A DNA stretch of 64,000 bases, taken from Rhizobiaceae bacterium. Its GTDB lineage: Bacteria; Pseudomonadota; Alphaproteobacteria; Rhizobiales; Rhizobiaceae. Where the stretch lies: the NCBI GenBank assembly GCA_020628035.1, contig JAHDFS010000003.1, positions 2,616 to 66,615 of the forward strand, given 5' to 3'. The number at the start of each line of letters is the position of its first letter. Position 1 is the stretch's first letter. The position numbers were made by a program, and so were the translations under genes. Under the pieces are notes generated by a model that was given only the letters and a program-made list of their open reading frames with translations, had not been told where the DNA came from and ran no database searches. Below are positions 51,389 to 61,625 of this stretch, one piece after another.

Positions 51389-51811
51389 CTAACGGTTACG
51401 CGCCCGCTTATAACGCGCCATTGCACTTCTTTCGATCGCAGCGCAGGTAAGTTTATCGAGATCAAAGCGATCACGCAGCAATTGCAACATACGAATTTCT
51501 TCGGGCTTAATATCATGATCAGCCGATGCAATTTCAACAGCGATGGAATAGGCCGTGTCGTGGAGGCGTTCAGGAATGGAATCTTTGATAATATCTAATA
51601 CAAGTGCCAATCCATCAGGTTCGGCCAACAAAGCGCTACATCTTCGCGCAGTCGAAAGAATGTCATCCTCGTTAAATTGCTCAAAAACTGGTAAAAAGCG
51701 GACCAATCTGCCGATACGTTCCAATTCTGTGTCATCCATCGCATTGTCGACAGCTGACATGGTAACCATGATGTAGATCAAGCCTTCGTGGAGATTTATT
51801 TCACTATTCAT
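51389..51811 (-). CDS. TerB-family protein
   Basis: LIYIMVTMSAVD...E...AVEIASAD...EEIRML...AAIER. Start probably ATG 51811. Confidence 0.82.
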   Translation of the reverse strand: MNSEINLHEGLIYIMVTMSAVDNAMDDTELERIGRLVRFLPVFEQFNEDDILSTARRCSALLAEPDGLALVLDIIKDSIPERLHDTAYSIAVEIASADHDIKPEEIRMLQLLRDRFDLDKLTCAAIERSAMARYKRARNR

Positions 51812-51909
51812 TGAAAATCCGATTTCTTCCAAAAACACTAATTAGTGTTGGGTTGATACATAATTCAAGCTTCGGCAAGCAGAATTAGAGCAAAAATCTT
51901 TCAAAAATC

Positions 51910-52578
51910 TTATTGGCTGGCCCAAATAATACGCGCAGTCCAGTCAATTTCAGTTTTAGCAAATTGTCGATTTGGGTGTTCAGGATTAAGCGACAATAGT
52001 TCGATACTTTGCGCGGTGTCTCGAGAAAGTATTTTCGCCATCACCTCACCATCTTTGGTGCGGACCACAATGCGATCACCTTTTCGTATTTGAGCATTGG
52101 GTTCAACGATCAGCACATCTCCATCACGATAGAGCGGCATCATAGATTCCCCTTGAACTTCAAGCGCATAAACATTGTTATTTGCATCCTGAGTGGGGAA
52201 ATCCACCTGCTCCCATCCCTGACCTGCGGGAAAACCTGCATCATCGAAATACCCACCTGCGCCAGCTTGGGCAAATCCCAGAAGGGGTATGCCGTTAGAT
52301 TGCGGTGGAAAATGACCAGAGGGCAGCCCGTCATATTGGGCGTCATCATGATCGCCAACCAAGCGCGCAAACTCATCAAAAGACGTGCCCGTTGCTTGCA
52401 TGATTTTTGCCAAAGATTCCGTCGATGGCCATCGCAATCGTCCATCAGCGCCCTGTCGTTTTGATTTGTTAAAAGAAGTTGGGTCAAGCCCTGCCAGTCT
52501 TGCAAGGCCAGATGGTGAAAGATTGTTGCGCGATGCTAATGCCTCAATCGCGCTCCAGATATGTGCGTGCGATAACAA
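51910..52578 (-). CDS. HTH plus S24 peptidase (LexA/CI-like) transcriptional regulator
   Basis: MLSHAHIWSAIEALA...SGLARLAGLDPTSFNKSKR...RWPSTES; AQAGAGG cleavage-like site; GESMMP (Ser) and VMAK (Lys) catalytic dyad. Confidence 0.9.
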   Translation of the reverse strand: MLSHAHIWSAIEALASRNNLSPSGLARLAGLDPTSFNKSKRQGADGRLRWPSTESLAKIMQATGTSFDEFARLVGDHDDAQYDGLPSGHFPPQSNGIPLLGFAQAGAGGYFDDAGFPAGQGWEQVDFPTQDANNNVYALEVQGESMMPLYRDGDVLIVEPNAQIRKGDRIVVRTKDGEVMAKILSRDTAQSIELLSLNPEHPNRQFAKTEIDWTARIIWASQ

Positions 52579-52655
52579 ACCTTTCGGGCTCCAATCTTAG
52601 AATGAAAGATACTCGCATTCAGAGTAACGTCCAATTCAAGTGGAGTAAAGAAAAT

Positions 52656-52689
52656 AGGAAAAATATCCCTTCCATTGGCATATTTTCCT
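52656..52689. promoter_or_regulatory. inverted operator-like pair upstream of the XRE-S24 regulator
   Basis: AGGAAAAATATCCCT and TGGCATATTTTCCT (reverse complement AGGAAAATATGCCA). Confidence 0.5.
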
Positions 52690-52876
52690 CACATTTCTCA
52701 CAAGTCCGAGTTTCAATGTGAATATTGTCGCCTGAAATTCAGATGATTTGAGGGAGAATTGTTGCCTTGGTTTGAAAGCAAATTCGCTACATCTTCCCGC
52801 AAGCTTCAATCATTATCTTAAAAAAACAAGCATTATCAAAGAAAAATATGGTTAATTTTTAGGAAAATTAAGAATA

Positions 52877-52893
52877 GTTAACGGCTTGTTTAC
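52877..52893. promoter_or_regulatory. CtrA-box-like site upstream of podJ
   Basis: GTTAA-CGGCTTG-TTTAC reads TAAA-N7-TTAAC on the minus strand. Further TTAA half sites lie nearby. Confidence 0.55.
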
Positions 52894-53032
52894 CATGTTT
52901 CGATGATGTTGCGCATAAGTGACCATACCAAGTGATTTGTTTTGGCATGCGTAAGTTTCAACGCTTCGCCAAGTTAAAATTTAAACAAATTGCCTGGGAC
53001 AAAGTTCATCAACAGGTGAAACGAGCAACAGT

Positions 53033-56000
53033 ATGACCGGATCCAGATCTAAAAACCATCACTCGATCACACAAGAATCGACGTTAGATACGCTTAGCCG
53101 AACTATCGAAGATCTTGAGGAAAAGATTCTGGGACAATCCCAGTCTTCTAACAATGACTATGTCCCGCGCGGATCATCTGCTTCGGGGGATTATTCGCTC
53201 ACCGATGAAATAAGAGCACGTCAACAAAGCCTGTCTAGCCGTCGAAGTCGACCACAAGGTGTCGCTCAGATGCCGTCTGGTAATGGGTCAAATACAAATC
53301 GACTACAGTTGAAAATGAACCGTCAAAAAGCTTCAGCACCTTCTCACGATCTGTCCAGCATAGTCACGCAACTTCGATCTGAATTAAAGCAAGACATGCA
53401 AATGACGCTCAAGCAAGAGCTCAGCCAATTGCAAAACGATATGATGGCGCTCAATTCAAACATTGGCGGGGCTAATGTGCCTGCCACGATTGGCGCTGAT
53501 CTAGAAGCGATTGCCCAAAGTTTAAAAGAGTTGGAAAGCGGTCGACCCATGGCAAGTGCAAATCTTGCAGGTGGCGAGCTCGACAGCCTTCGCCTTGAAG
53601 TGGATAGCTTGAGAAATCTTGTCGATACCGTCGCAAAAGAAGACACATTAATAGGTCTTGATAATCGCTGGAGCGATATCGAACGCACCCTGCAAGGCTT
53701 TAATCCACACGCCATTCAAGGTGAATTGTCAGATTTGGCGACGCGCCTTGATGACATAAGACATGTTTTAGCAGCCATGCCACAATCTGATGGTGCTCTG
53801 CGCCCGCTCGAGGAAAAGGTGGAGCTCATCGCGTCGGCAATTGCGCAATTAATGGAGCGTCCTGAAGCGACTGGTAATCACGAGCAATTTGCTGAATTTA
53901 CCAATCAAACAGATGCAAGACTGGCCCAACTTGCCGATCACGTGGAGCAATTGGCAAATGCAAGCGACCATGGCTTGGCGGATCGTTTGGAGGCCATGTC
54001 AGCAAGGCTTAATGACATTGCTAATAATACCAGTATTAGTGAACTAGAACAGCGATTGGCCAACCTACAAGCCACCCTCGACAATCAACCAAGTGGGCAC
54101 AGCTCTCAGCTTGATGAGCGCCTATTGGAAATAGCGAACAAAGTTGATGCGCTTGATAATCGGGCCGCCTCTGTTGAAACAGCTGGCATTGAAAGATTAG
54201 TTGGTCAACTTGCAGAAATAGCCAATAAGTTGGACGAACGTTCAACTCCAACAGACGTGCCAGGATTAGACCGTCTTGAAAGCCAATTATCTGGGATCGC
54301 AGAGCGGTTAGAAAATTCCACAGGTGGTGTGACACAGGTTAATACCGACGGTTTACAGCAACAAATCGCTCAACTTTCAGAACTTATGAGCGGTGCGAGT
54401 GTTGATCTGGTTGGCGATAAGCTATCCAATTTAGAAGAGCACTTGAACACAAATGATGAATTTGTGTTGGAAGCTGCGCGTCAAGCGGCAGAAGCGACTT
54501 TGGAAGCTTATCAGCGATCACCAAATTCAAGTGCTGATGCAGGTGGTATTGATGGTGCAAATCTTTCTGCATTGACATCAGATCTTAAACAACTTGAGCA
54601 TCTATATCGCGAATCTGAGACCCGAAACTCAAAATCCTTTGGTGCGTTACAAGACACATTGATCAAAATTGCGGATCGCTTAGAAGCGATGGAAAATAGC
54701 CCATCAATTGCGTCCGCGCCAAAAGTGGAAATGCCAAAAGCAGCCCCCATGGTTGAGCCCGCCGCGCAAGTAGATGATTATCTTGATGAGCCAGAAATGG
54801 CGCCAGAGGTCGAGGTTGAAAAACCAGCGCGCGGTGCAAGTTCATTGCTCGCAGGATTGACCGAACGTATCAAGCGCGATCGTTCAGGTGGTGAGGAAGA
54901 AGAAAGCCTGCTTGCAGCACCAGAACCTCGCGCCGAGCCATCTGCGCTTGACGAATTGGAAAGTGAATTTGCAGATGAGCCTTTGGAACCTGGTTCCGGT
55001 GCACCTGATATCAATTCCATCATGCAAAAGATGCGCGATGTTCAAAAACAACGCAGCAGCCAGGCAGAACAACAACCGTCACGATCTAAGCCTGCAGATT
55101 ATGTTGCTTCAGCTCGTAAAGCTGCGCTTGCAGCTGCTGCTGAAGTTGGCGCAATTGACAGCGAAGAAAAACCAAAAAAGGCCAAAAAACAACGTGGGGT
55201 CAAAGAATCCGGTGGTCCACTTGTCCGCAAGCCTATCTTAATTGCAGCCGGCGCAATATTGCTGGCAATTTTGGCTGTGCCTTTGGCTAAAAACTTCATT
55301 GGTGGATCATCTGACGCCCCAGCACCACAAGTCACAGAAGTTGCACCTGAGACAATTGCACCAAGAGAAATTCCGCTTGCAAGCGAAACGGAAACCGCAG
55401 CTGTCGATCCGCTGGCTCCAGATACTGCGGCCCCGATTGTTGCGAACCCGCAAGATAATGCGAGACCTTCTTCGAACGAAGTATCTCAATTCACTACCGG
55501 CAACTTAGATGCTCCAGCTACCGTTGGGGCGCCAGTTCGTGAAGCTGTCGATACGGCATCATTAAACGATCCGATGACCCCATCACAACCTGATGCAACC
55601 TTGGCTGCACCGGTAAATCCATATGCGGATGCGCAAGGTCTACCAGAATCTGTAGCGCCTGTTGCGCTAAAGCAAGCAGCGCTTGATGGTGATCCGGTTG
55701 CTTTATACGAAATTTCTGCACGATATACAGAAGGTCGCGGGACAGAAGTAAAGCTTGATGAAGCGGTAAAATGGTTGAAGCTTTCATCCGATCTAGATTT
55801 TGCACCCGCACAATATCGTTTGGGCAATTTTTACGAAAAAGGTACCGGTGTAGACCGAGATATCGAACGCGCCAGAACGCTTTATCAATCATCTGCAAAC
55901 AACGGCAATATCAATGCCATGCATAACCTTGGTGTGTTATTAGCATCGACTGGAAATGCAGAAGATTTCACCCAAGCAGCGGGCTGGTTCTTGCAAGCGG

Positions 56001-56485
56001 CCGAACGCGGTGTGCGCGATAGCCAAGTAAATATGGCTATTCTTTACGCCCGTGGCGAAGGTGTTCCGCGTAATCTTTCTGAAAGTTACAAATGGTTTGC
56101 AATCGCTGCCAACCAAGGTGATGCCGATGCTGCATCAAAACGCGACGAAGTCTTTAATGCGTTACCGCAAGCAGACACAGATATTGCCCGTGAATTGGTT
56201 GCCAATTGGAAGCCGACGCCACTGGATGTAAATGCCAATAATGTTCAAGTACCAGATTCTTGGGTCGGTGAAGCAACAAACACCGCTTCTGTTGACATGA
56301 AGAAGGCGATTATGAACATTCAAGCTATTTTAAATAATAATGGTTTTGATGCAGGTCAGCCTGACGGTATCATTGGTGCAAACACAACCAATGCCATTAA
56401 GGAATTCCAAGCTTCCATTGGCATGAAACCAGATGGTCAAATCACCGACAAATTGGTTCAGGAACTGCTTAAACGCAACGGCTAA
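53033..56485 (+). CDS. podJ: polar organelle development protein PodJ-like (coiled coils, TM, Sel1 repeats, peptidoglycan-binding domain)
   Basis: Long heptad region, ASARKAALAAA, one TM (PILIAAGAILLAILAV), Sel1 repeats (AQYRLGNFYEKGTG, AMHNLGVL, SYKWFAIAA), C-terminal IQAILNNNGFDAGQPDGIIGANTTNAIKEFQ. Confidence 0.88.
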   Translation: MTGSRSKNHHSITQESTLDTLSRTIEDLEEKILGQSQSSNNDYVPRGSSASGDYSLTDEIRARQQSLSSRRSRPQGVAQMPSGNGSNTNRLQLKMNRQKASAPSHDLSSIVTQLRSELKQDMQMTLKQELSQLQNDMMALNSNIGGANVPATIGADLEAIAQSLKELESGRPMASANLAGGELDSLRLEVDSLRNLVDTVAKEDTLIGLDNRWSDIERTLQGFNPHAIQGELSDLATRLDDIRHVLAAMPQSDGALRPLEEKVELIASAIAQLMERPEATGNHEQFAEFTNQTDARLAQLADHVEQLANASDHGLADRLEAMSARLNDIANNTSISELEQRLANLQATLDNQPSGHSSQLDERLLEIANKVDALDNRAASVETAGIERLVGQLAEIANKLDERSTPTDVPGLDRLESQLSGIAERLENSTGGVTQVNTDGLQQQIAQLSELMSGASVDLVGDKLSNLEEHLNTNDEFVLEAARQAAEATLEAYQRSPNSSADAGGIDGANLSALTSDLKQLEHLYRESETRNSKSFGALQDTLIKIADRLEAMENSPSIASAPKVEMPKAAPMVEPAAQVDDYLDEPEMAPEVEVEKPARGASSLLAGLTERIKRDRSGGEEEESLLAAPEPRAEPSALDELESEFADEPLEPGSGAPDINSIMQKMRDVQKQRSSQAEQQPSRSKPADYVASARKAALAAAAEVGAIDSEEKPKKAKKQRGVKESGGPLVRKPILIAAGAILLAILAVPLAKNFIGGSSDAPAPQVTEVAPETIAPREIPLASETETAAVDPLAPDTAAPIVANPQDNARPSSNEVSQFTTGNLDAPATVGAPVREAVDTASLNDPMTPSQPDATLAAPVNPYADAQGLPESVAPVALKQAALDGDPVALYEISARYTEGRGTEVKLDEAVKWLKLSSDLDFAPAQYRLGNFYEKGTGVDRDIERARTLYQSSANNGNINAMHNLGVLLASTGNAEDFTQAAGWFLQAAERGVRDSQVNMAILYARGEGVPRNLSESYKWFAIAANQGDADAASKRDEVFNALPQADTDIARELVANWKPTPLDVNANNVQVPDSWVGEATNTASVDMKKAIMNIQAILNNNGFDAGQPDGIIGANTTNAIKEFQASIGMKPDGQITDKLVQELLKRNG

Positions 56486-56497
56486 GGCTAAGCTGAC

Positions 56498-57217
56498 TTA
56501 GCCGCGCATTTTCGACCAAGAAATAGGATAGATCTGTTCTTTGCCCAGCACATGGGCATAGAGATTTTTCGTTTCAAACAAGCCTTTAAAGGCTTTGTGC
56601 TTCAACGATAGGCCACCAGTTGTTGTGCCAAACGATGGCATAATGAGCCTTTTCCCATCTGTGGCAAAACATGCTCTTCGCACGGATTTATTTCGTCGCG
56701 TAATCACGGCTGCCGGATGCAAATGTCCCGAGATCTCACCATCAGCATCATCCGTTGCAGGTTCATGACACAAGCGCAATGGTCCACACCATATTTCATC
56801 TGCACAATCGCCTTCGATGCTGGTATGCGGTTTTGGGTCATGATTGCCGGATATCCAAACCCAATTGCGACCTGCTTGCAAAAGTTTGATCATATCACGC
56901 GAAAGTTCCGGCAAAAATTCAGAACCCGCTTGATCGTGGAAACTATCGCCCAAACTGACCACAGTTTCAGGCTGATAATCGTCAATACAAAGTTTCAATC
57001 GAAGAAGCGTTTGAGATGTATCATAAGGTGGGTGCAACATGCCGCGACGGGCAAAGGCTGCACCTTTTTCTAAATGAAGATCAGATACAATGAGAATCTT
57101 GGATGAAGGAATAAATAAGATACCGCGATAATCACAGACCACCTCGACACCAAAAAGCTCGGTCTGTAAAGCGCCTTGTGGGTTTGTGTTCAATGACAGC
57201 GGGCTTGCGATATTCAT
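56498..57217 (-). CDS. pdeM: ligase-associated DNA damage response metallophosphoesterase/endonuclease
   Basis: VSDLHLEKG, PPYD, LGDSFHD, GNHD, HEP, SGHLHP, MPSFG. Confidence 0.9.
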   Translation of the reverse strand: MNIASPLSLNTNPQGALQTELFGVEVVCDYRGILFIPSSKILIVSDLHLEKGAAFARRGMLHPPYDTSQTLLRLKLCIDDYQPETVVSLGDSFHDQAGSEFLPELSRDMIKLLQAGRNWVWISGNHDPKPHTSIEGDCADEIWCGPLRLCHEPATDDADGEISGHLHPAAVITRRNKSVRRACFATDGKRLIMPSFGTTTGGLSLKHKAFKGLFETKNLYAHVLGKEQIYPISWSKMRG

Positions 57218-59718
57218 GTCAAATGACCTGTCGCTTCACTTAAAAACTCCTCGGCAGCTTCTGACAATATGCTTTCTTGTGCTTCGCCATTTACCGGCTC
57301 TCGGCCAATTTCAAGCATGATGGGCACGGCCAATGGGGAAATATGGTCAAGTTTTTGATGCACAATACGTCCTTTGATTCGCATCAGCATATCGCTTAAT
57401 CTGCGAATATCCAACAAGCCCGTTGCGGCATCCGCCCGCGTTGCCTGCATTAAGATGTGATCAGGTTCATGACTTCGAAGCACATCGTAAATCAAATCGG
57501 CAGACACTGTGACTTGTCGACCGGTCTTTTCTTTGCCAGGGTGACGCCGTTCAATCAGGCCTGAGATAATGGCACAATTTCTGAAGGTTCGTTTGAGTAA
57601 CCAGGATTCGTCGAGCCAGGCCTCCAAATCATCACCCAACATATCCTCATTGAAAAGATCAGCGAGCGAAATCAAACCATTTCTGAACCGCTCTCCCAAA
57701 TCATCAAGCGCCCAGATCGCAAGTGCGTAATCTGTCGCAACAAATCCCAATGGGCGCGCATGCATGCGTTCCAATCGACGCGTTAAAAGCATGCCAAGGG
57801 TTTGGTGTGCCAAACGCCCTTCAAACGAATAAATGATCATATAGTGTTTTTTGTTGCGCGGAAAAGTTTCCAGCAATAGCTCATTATGGCTTGGTAATTT
57901 TGAGACGCGTTTTTGAAGTTCCAGCCAATCGCGAACCTGACTAGGAAGCGCTTTCCATTTATCTGGATCAATCAGCATCTTCCGCACTTGTTCAGCCAGA
58001 TAAGTTGAAAGTGGGAATTTGCCACCTGCATAGGCCGGTATCTTCGGAGATTCATCAAATGTTTTGGACGCAAGACATTCGTTCTCGCGAATACCTTCAA
58101 ATCGCAAAACTTGCCCGCTAAAGAGGAATGTATCGCCAGGCGATAACATTTCTAAAAAATACTCTTCAATCGTGCCAAGTTTTGGGCCACCCCGACCAAT
58201 TGAGCCATTTGCTTTTCGTTTGGTCAGGCGAACATTTAAAACCGGCGCTTCAATGATCGTACCGATATTTAACCGGTATTGCTGGGCAATCTGTGGATTG
58301 GAAATCCGCCAGGTTCCGTCCTTAGTTTTGCGAATACGGGCGTAACGTTCATAGGTTTTAAGCGCATAGCCCCCAGTTGCAACAAATTCAACAATGCGGG
58401 CAAATTGCTCTTGAGATAAGTCCCGATAAGGTGCTGCGCTGATTATTTCTTGATAAAGTTCATGCTCGAAAAATGGTTTGGCACAGGCCATTCCCAAAAT
58501 GTGCTGAGCCAGCACATCAATCGCACCTTCCAAAAGTGGAGGCGTGTCTTGGGCACCTATGTAATTGGCATCAAGTGCAGCTTTGCATTCCATCACTTCA
58601 AAGCGATTTGCCGGCACAAGGATGGCTTTACTTGGCTCATCCATTCTGTGGTTTGAACGACCAATACGTTGGGCTAACCGGCTCGCACCTTTTGGCGCAC
58701 CGATATGAATGACCAAATCAACATCACCCCAGTCTATCCCTAGATCAAGCGTGGATGTTGCGACAACAGCACGCAAGGCATTCTTTGCCATAGCGGCTTC
58801 AACTTTGCGTCGCTTGCTGGCATCCAAGGATCCATGATGCAAAGCTATGGGCAGGTTTTCTTCGTTAATCGTCCAAAGTTCTTGAAAGAGCAATTCGGCC
58901 TGACTGCGCGTATTGACGAACAATAATGTCGTCTGATGCTCAGTGATCTGCTGATAAACATCACCCATTGCATAACGGGCGCTATGCCCCGACCATGGAA
59001 TACGTTCTTTGGTTTCCAAAATCGAGATATTGGGTTTGGCACCACCTTCAACAACAATTTTCTCAGCACGTTCTTTGCCGGTCCATTGGCCAACAAGCCA
59101 TTTTTGCAGATCGTCAGGGTTGGCAACAGTGGCCGAGAGCCCAATGGTTTGCAGTTTGGGTGCGTGATGTCTTAAACGCGATAATGCCAGTGCCAATAAA
59201 TGACCGCGCTTTGAGGTTACAAGCGAATGTAATTCATCAAAAATAATGTATTTAAGGTCTTTGAAAAAGAGTTCCGCCTGCCCATTAGCCAAAAGCAGCG
59301 AGATCTGTTCCGGTGTGGTGAGCAATATATCAGGCGGATCGAGTTTTTGCCGCTGTCGTTTATGTTGCGGGGTATCTCCGGTTCGGGTTTCGATTTTAAT
59401 CGGTAAACCCATTTCGGTTACAGGCGTTGTGAGATTTCGTTCAATATCAACGGCGAGCGCTTTGAGCGGAGAAACATAAAGTGTGTGTAAACGCGGTTTG
59501 ACCATGCCCGGCTTTGGTTTTTCGCGTGTTGCTAAATCTGTCAGTGATGGCAAAAATCCTGCCAGAGTTTTGCCAGCTCCTGTGGGTGCAATCAGCAGGC
59601 TTGAGTGACCCTGATGTGCCTTTTCCAAGAGCGCAAGCTGGTGAGGTCGCGGCGCCCAGCGATGGCTTTCGAACCAGTCGGTAAATATTTTCGGCAGTAA
59701 TTGGTGCTCGGACGCCAT
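57214..59718 (-). CDS. ligase-associated DNA damage response DEXH-box helicase (Lhr-core)
   Basis: APTGAGKT, SPLKAL, DELH, LSAT, HHGSL, LDLGIDW, QRIGR. 4-nt overlap with pdeM. Confidence 0.92.
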   Translation of the reverse strand: MASEHQLLPKIFTDWFESHRWAPRPHQLALLEKAHQGHSSLLIAPTGAGKTLAGFLPSLTDLATREKPKPGMVKPRLHTLYVSPLKALAVDIERNLTTPVTEMGLPIKIETRTGDTPQHKRQRQKLDPPDILLTTPEQISLLLANGQAELFFKDLKYIIFDELHSLVTSKRGHLLALALSRLRHHAPKLQTIGLSATVANPDDLQKWLVGQWTGKERAEKIVVEGGAKPNISILETKERIPWSGHSARYAMGDVYQQITEHQTTLLFVNTRSQAELLFQELWTINEENLPIALHHGSLDASKRRKVEAAMAKNALRAVVATSTLDLGIDWGDVDLVIHIGAPKGASRLAQRIGRSNHRMDEPSKAILVPANRFEVMECKAALDANYIGAQDTPPLLEGAIDVLAQHILGMACAKPFFEHELYQEIISAAPYRDLSQEQFARIVEFVATGGYALKTYERYARIRKTKDGTWRISNPQIAQQYRLNIGTIIEAPVLNVRLTKRKANGSIGRGGPKLGTIEEYFLEMLSPGDTFLFSGQVLRFEGIRENECLASKTFDESPKIPAYAGGKFPLSTYLAEQVRKMLIDPDKWKALPSQVRDWLELQKRVSKLPSHNELLLETFPRNKKHYMIIYSFEGRLAHQTLGMLLTRRLERMHARPLGFVATDYALAIWALDDLGERFRNGLISLADLFNEDMLGDDLEAWLDESWLLKRTFRNCAIISGLIERRHPGKEKTGRQVTVSADLIYDVLRSHEPDHILMQATRADAATGLLDIRRLSDMLMRIKGRIVHQKLDHISPLAVPIMLEIGREPVNGEAQESILSEAAEEFLSEATGHLT

Positions 59719-59884
59719 TGTAGAGAATCGCTTTTAATTTGATTAAAGCTAGGGGCCTTATTTATCTCATGCAAGCGTCCGGTGAAAACAAGCGTCTTAA
59801 TTACATCCAAAAGCGCATTTATCTTGCATACAATCGATGAGAAGATTATGTCCTCATCAAACACCAAATGGCGGGAGTGAAACT

Positions 59885-60154
59885 GTGTCAGGACAAATAA
59901 ATAGATTTTTAGGTGATACAATTGGTCGAACAATACTCAAATTGGTTGTTATTTCGTTTATTGTCGGTGTCGTAATGGCTGCATTTAACTGGTCGCCATT
60001 TGATGTATTTTACGTGGTGCGAGACTTTATTATCCGCATTTGGCAGCAAGGATTTGCAGCCCTGGGCAGAGTTGGCGAATATCTAGCATTGGGTGCTGCA
60101 ATTGTGGTTCCGGTCTTCTTATTGCTGCGAATTTTGAATTACCGACGCAATTAA
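59885..60154 (+). CDS. small membrane protein (DUF6460-like)
   Basis: GTG start after GGGAG; RFLGD...KLVVISFIVG...YLALGAAIVVPVFLLLR. Confidence 0.75.
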   Translation: MSGQINRFLGDTIGRTILKLVVISFIVGVVMAAFNWSPFDVFYVVRDFIIRIWQQGFAALGRVGEYLALGAAIVVPVFLLLRILNYRRN

Positions 60155-60164
60155 AGTCCATCAA

Positions 60165-61508
60165 TTGCAAACCTCATCAGATCAAACATCAAAAACAATC
60201 CGTGAATTTGATGTAACGCCTAAAAGTATTTTCGCAATTGCGGTACCTATGACCTTGGCGTTTTTAACAACGCCATTGCTCGGTATCACAGATACAGCTG
60301 TCGTCGGTCAATTTGCCAATGCTGCGCTGATTGGCGGATTAGCAATTGCCACGATTATCTTTGATCTTTTGTTTGGCACATTCAATTTTTTAAGGTCAGC
60401 CACAACTGGCCTTGTCGCTCAAGCTTATGGGCGGGAGGATGAACTTGAGCAAAAGGCGGTCTTTTGGCGATCCATGCTCATCGGCTTGGTGTCTGGGATT
60501 GTTATTTTGCTGCTAAACTCAATGATCATCTCGCTCGGTCTTTATTTAATGGATGCAAGCACAGAAGTTGCCAAGGCAGCGAGAGAATATTTTGCAATCC
60601 GCGTCTTTTCAGCGCCTGCAGCTTTGATGAATTATGCATTGCTAGGATATGTTTTGGGATTGGGTAAAGGTCGTCTTGGGCTCCTTCTTCAGATCCTCAT
60701 TAATGGCACCAATATTGTCTTATCATTTGCATTGGGTCTGGGGCTTGAATGGGGTCTGTCCGGTGTGGCCATTGCAACGGTCATTGCAGAAATATTGGGA
60801 CTTGCAATTGGATTATTCATAGTCCTGCGTGGTTTTAAAGGCTCGCCATCTGTCTCGCGCAGTCAAATTTTTCACCGTGCGTCGATCATGAAACTAATGG
60901 CGTTGAACGGTGATATTATGATCCGCAGTTTTGCGTTGGTTGGTGCCTTTGCGTGGTTAACGCGCATGGGTGGGCAATTTGGTGATGAAACGCTCGCCGC
61001 GAATGCAATTTTGATGAACTTCCTGATGCTTTCAGGTTATCTGCTCGATGGATTTGCCACGGCCGCAGAACAGTTGGCAGGTCGTGCCATTGGCGCAAAT
61101 TACCGACCAGCTTTTATCAAAACAGTGAAGCTAACGCTCTATTGGGGCTTCTTGCTTGCTGGCATTTTGATGATGATCTTCGTTGTCTTGGGGCCCTGGC
61201 TGATAAACCTGATCACCAACGAGCCGACCGTAAGGTCTATCGCAACTCAATATTATATTTGGGCAGCGCTGATTTCCATCACAGGCGTATTAGCGTTTCA
61301 AATGGATGGTATTTTTATTGGTGCCACGTGGTCATCGGATATGAGAAATATGATGCTACTCTCATTGGCAGGCTTTATTGCACTTTCGATTATTTTTACA
61401 AAATTTGGGGGCAATCACGGCCTTTGGATCAGCTTAAACGCCTTTATGCTGCTCCGCGGTGCGTCTTTGAGTTTCATTTTAACTCGAAAAATCCGTCGAA
61501 TTTTCTAA
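60165..61508 (+). CDS. MATE family efflux transporter (DinF-like)
   Basis: IAVPMTLAFLTTPLLGITDT, FNFLRSATTG, DIMIRS, LDGFATAAE, DGIFIGATW. Confidence 0.92.
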   Translation: MQTSSDQTSKTIREFDVTPKSIFAIAVPMTLAFLTTPLLGITDTAVVGQFANAALIGGLAIATIIFDLLFGTFNFLRSATTGLVAQAYGREDELEQKAVFWRSMLIGLVSGIVILLLNSMIISLGLYLMDASTEVAKAAREYFAIRVFSAPAALMNYALLGYVLGLGKGRLGLLLQILINGTNIVLSFALGLGLEWGLSGVAIATVIAEILGLAIGLFIVLRGFKGSPSVSRSQIFHRASIMKLMALNGDIMIRSFALVGAFAWLTRMGGQFGDETLAANAILMNFLMLSGYLLDGFATAAEQLAGRAIGANYRPAFIKTVKLTLYWGFLLAGILMMIFVVLGPWLINLITNEPTVRSIATQYYIWAALISITGVLAFQMDGIFIGATWSSDMRNMMLLSLAGFIALSIIFTKFGGNHGLWISLNAFMLLRGASLSFILTRKIRRIF

Positions 61509-61568
61509 GTTTTTTGATCAAAACCTACCGATAATATCTTTCCAATCCAAACCAATTTGGGCGTTACT

Positions 61569-61587
61569 CTAAAGGATTGTTAACCAT
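61569..61587 (+). promoter_or_regulatory. CtrA-box-like site upstream of the TolC-family gene
   Basis: CTAA-AGGATTG-TTAACCAT, i.e. TTAA-N7-TTAAC with one mismatch. Confidence 0.55.
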
Positions 61588-61625
61588 AACCGGTTAAAGT
61601 TCATCCTGTATTGTTGGAGTAAGTA

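Noticed and set aside
51389-51811. Tellurite-resistance or anti-phage Ter system
   Set aside because: A single TerB-like gene with no other ter genes; a common stand-alone alphaproteobacterial gene.
51910-52578. Possible prophage remnant suggested by the CI-like repressor
   Set aside because: No integrase, cro, structural genes or att-like repeats. The flanks are core genes.
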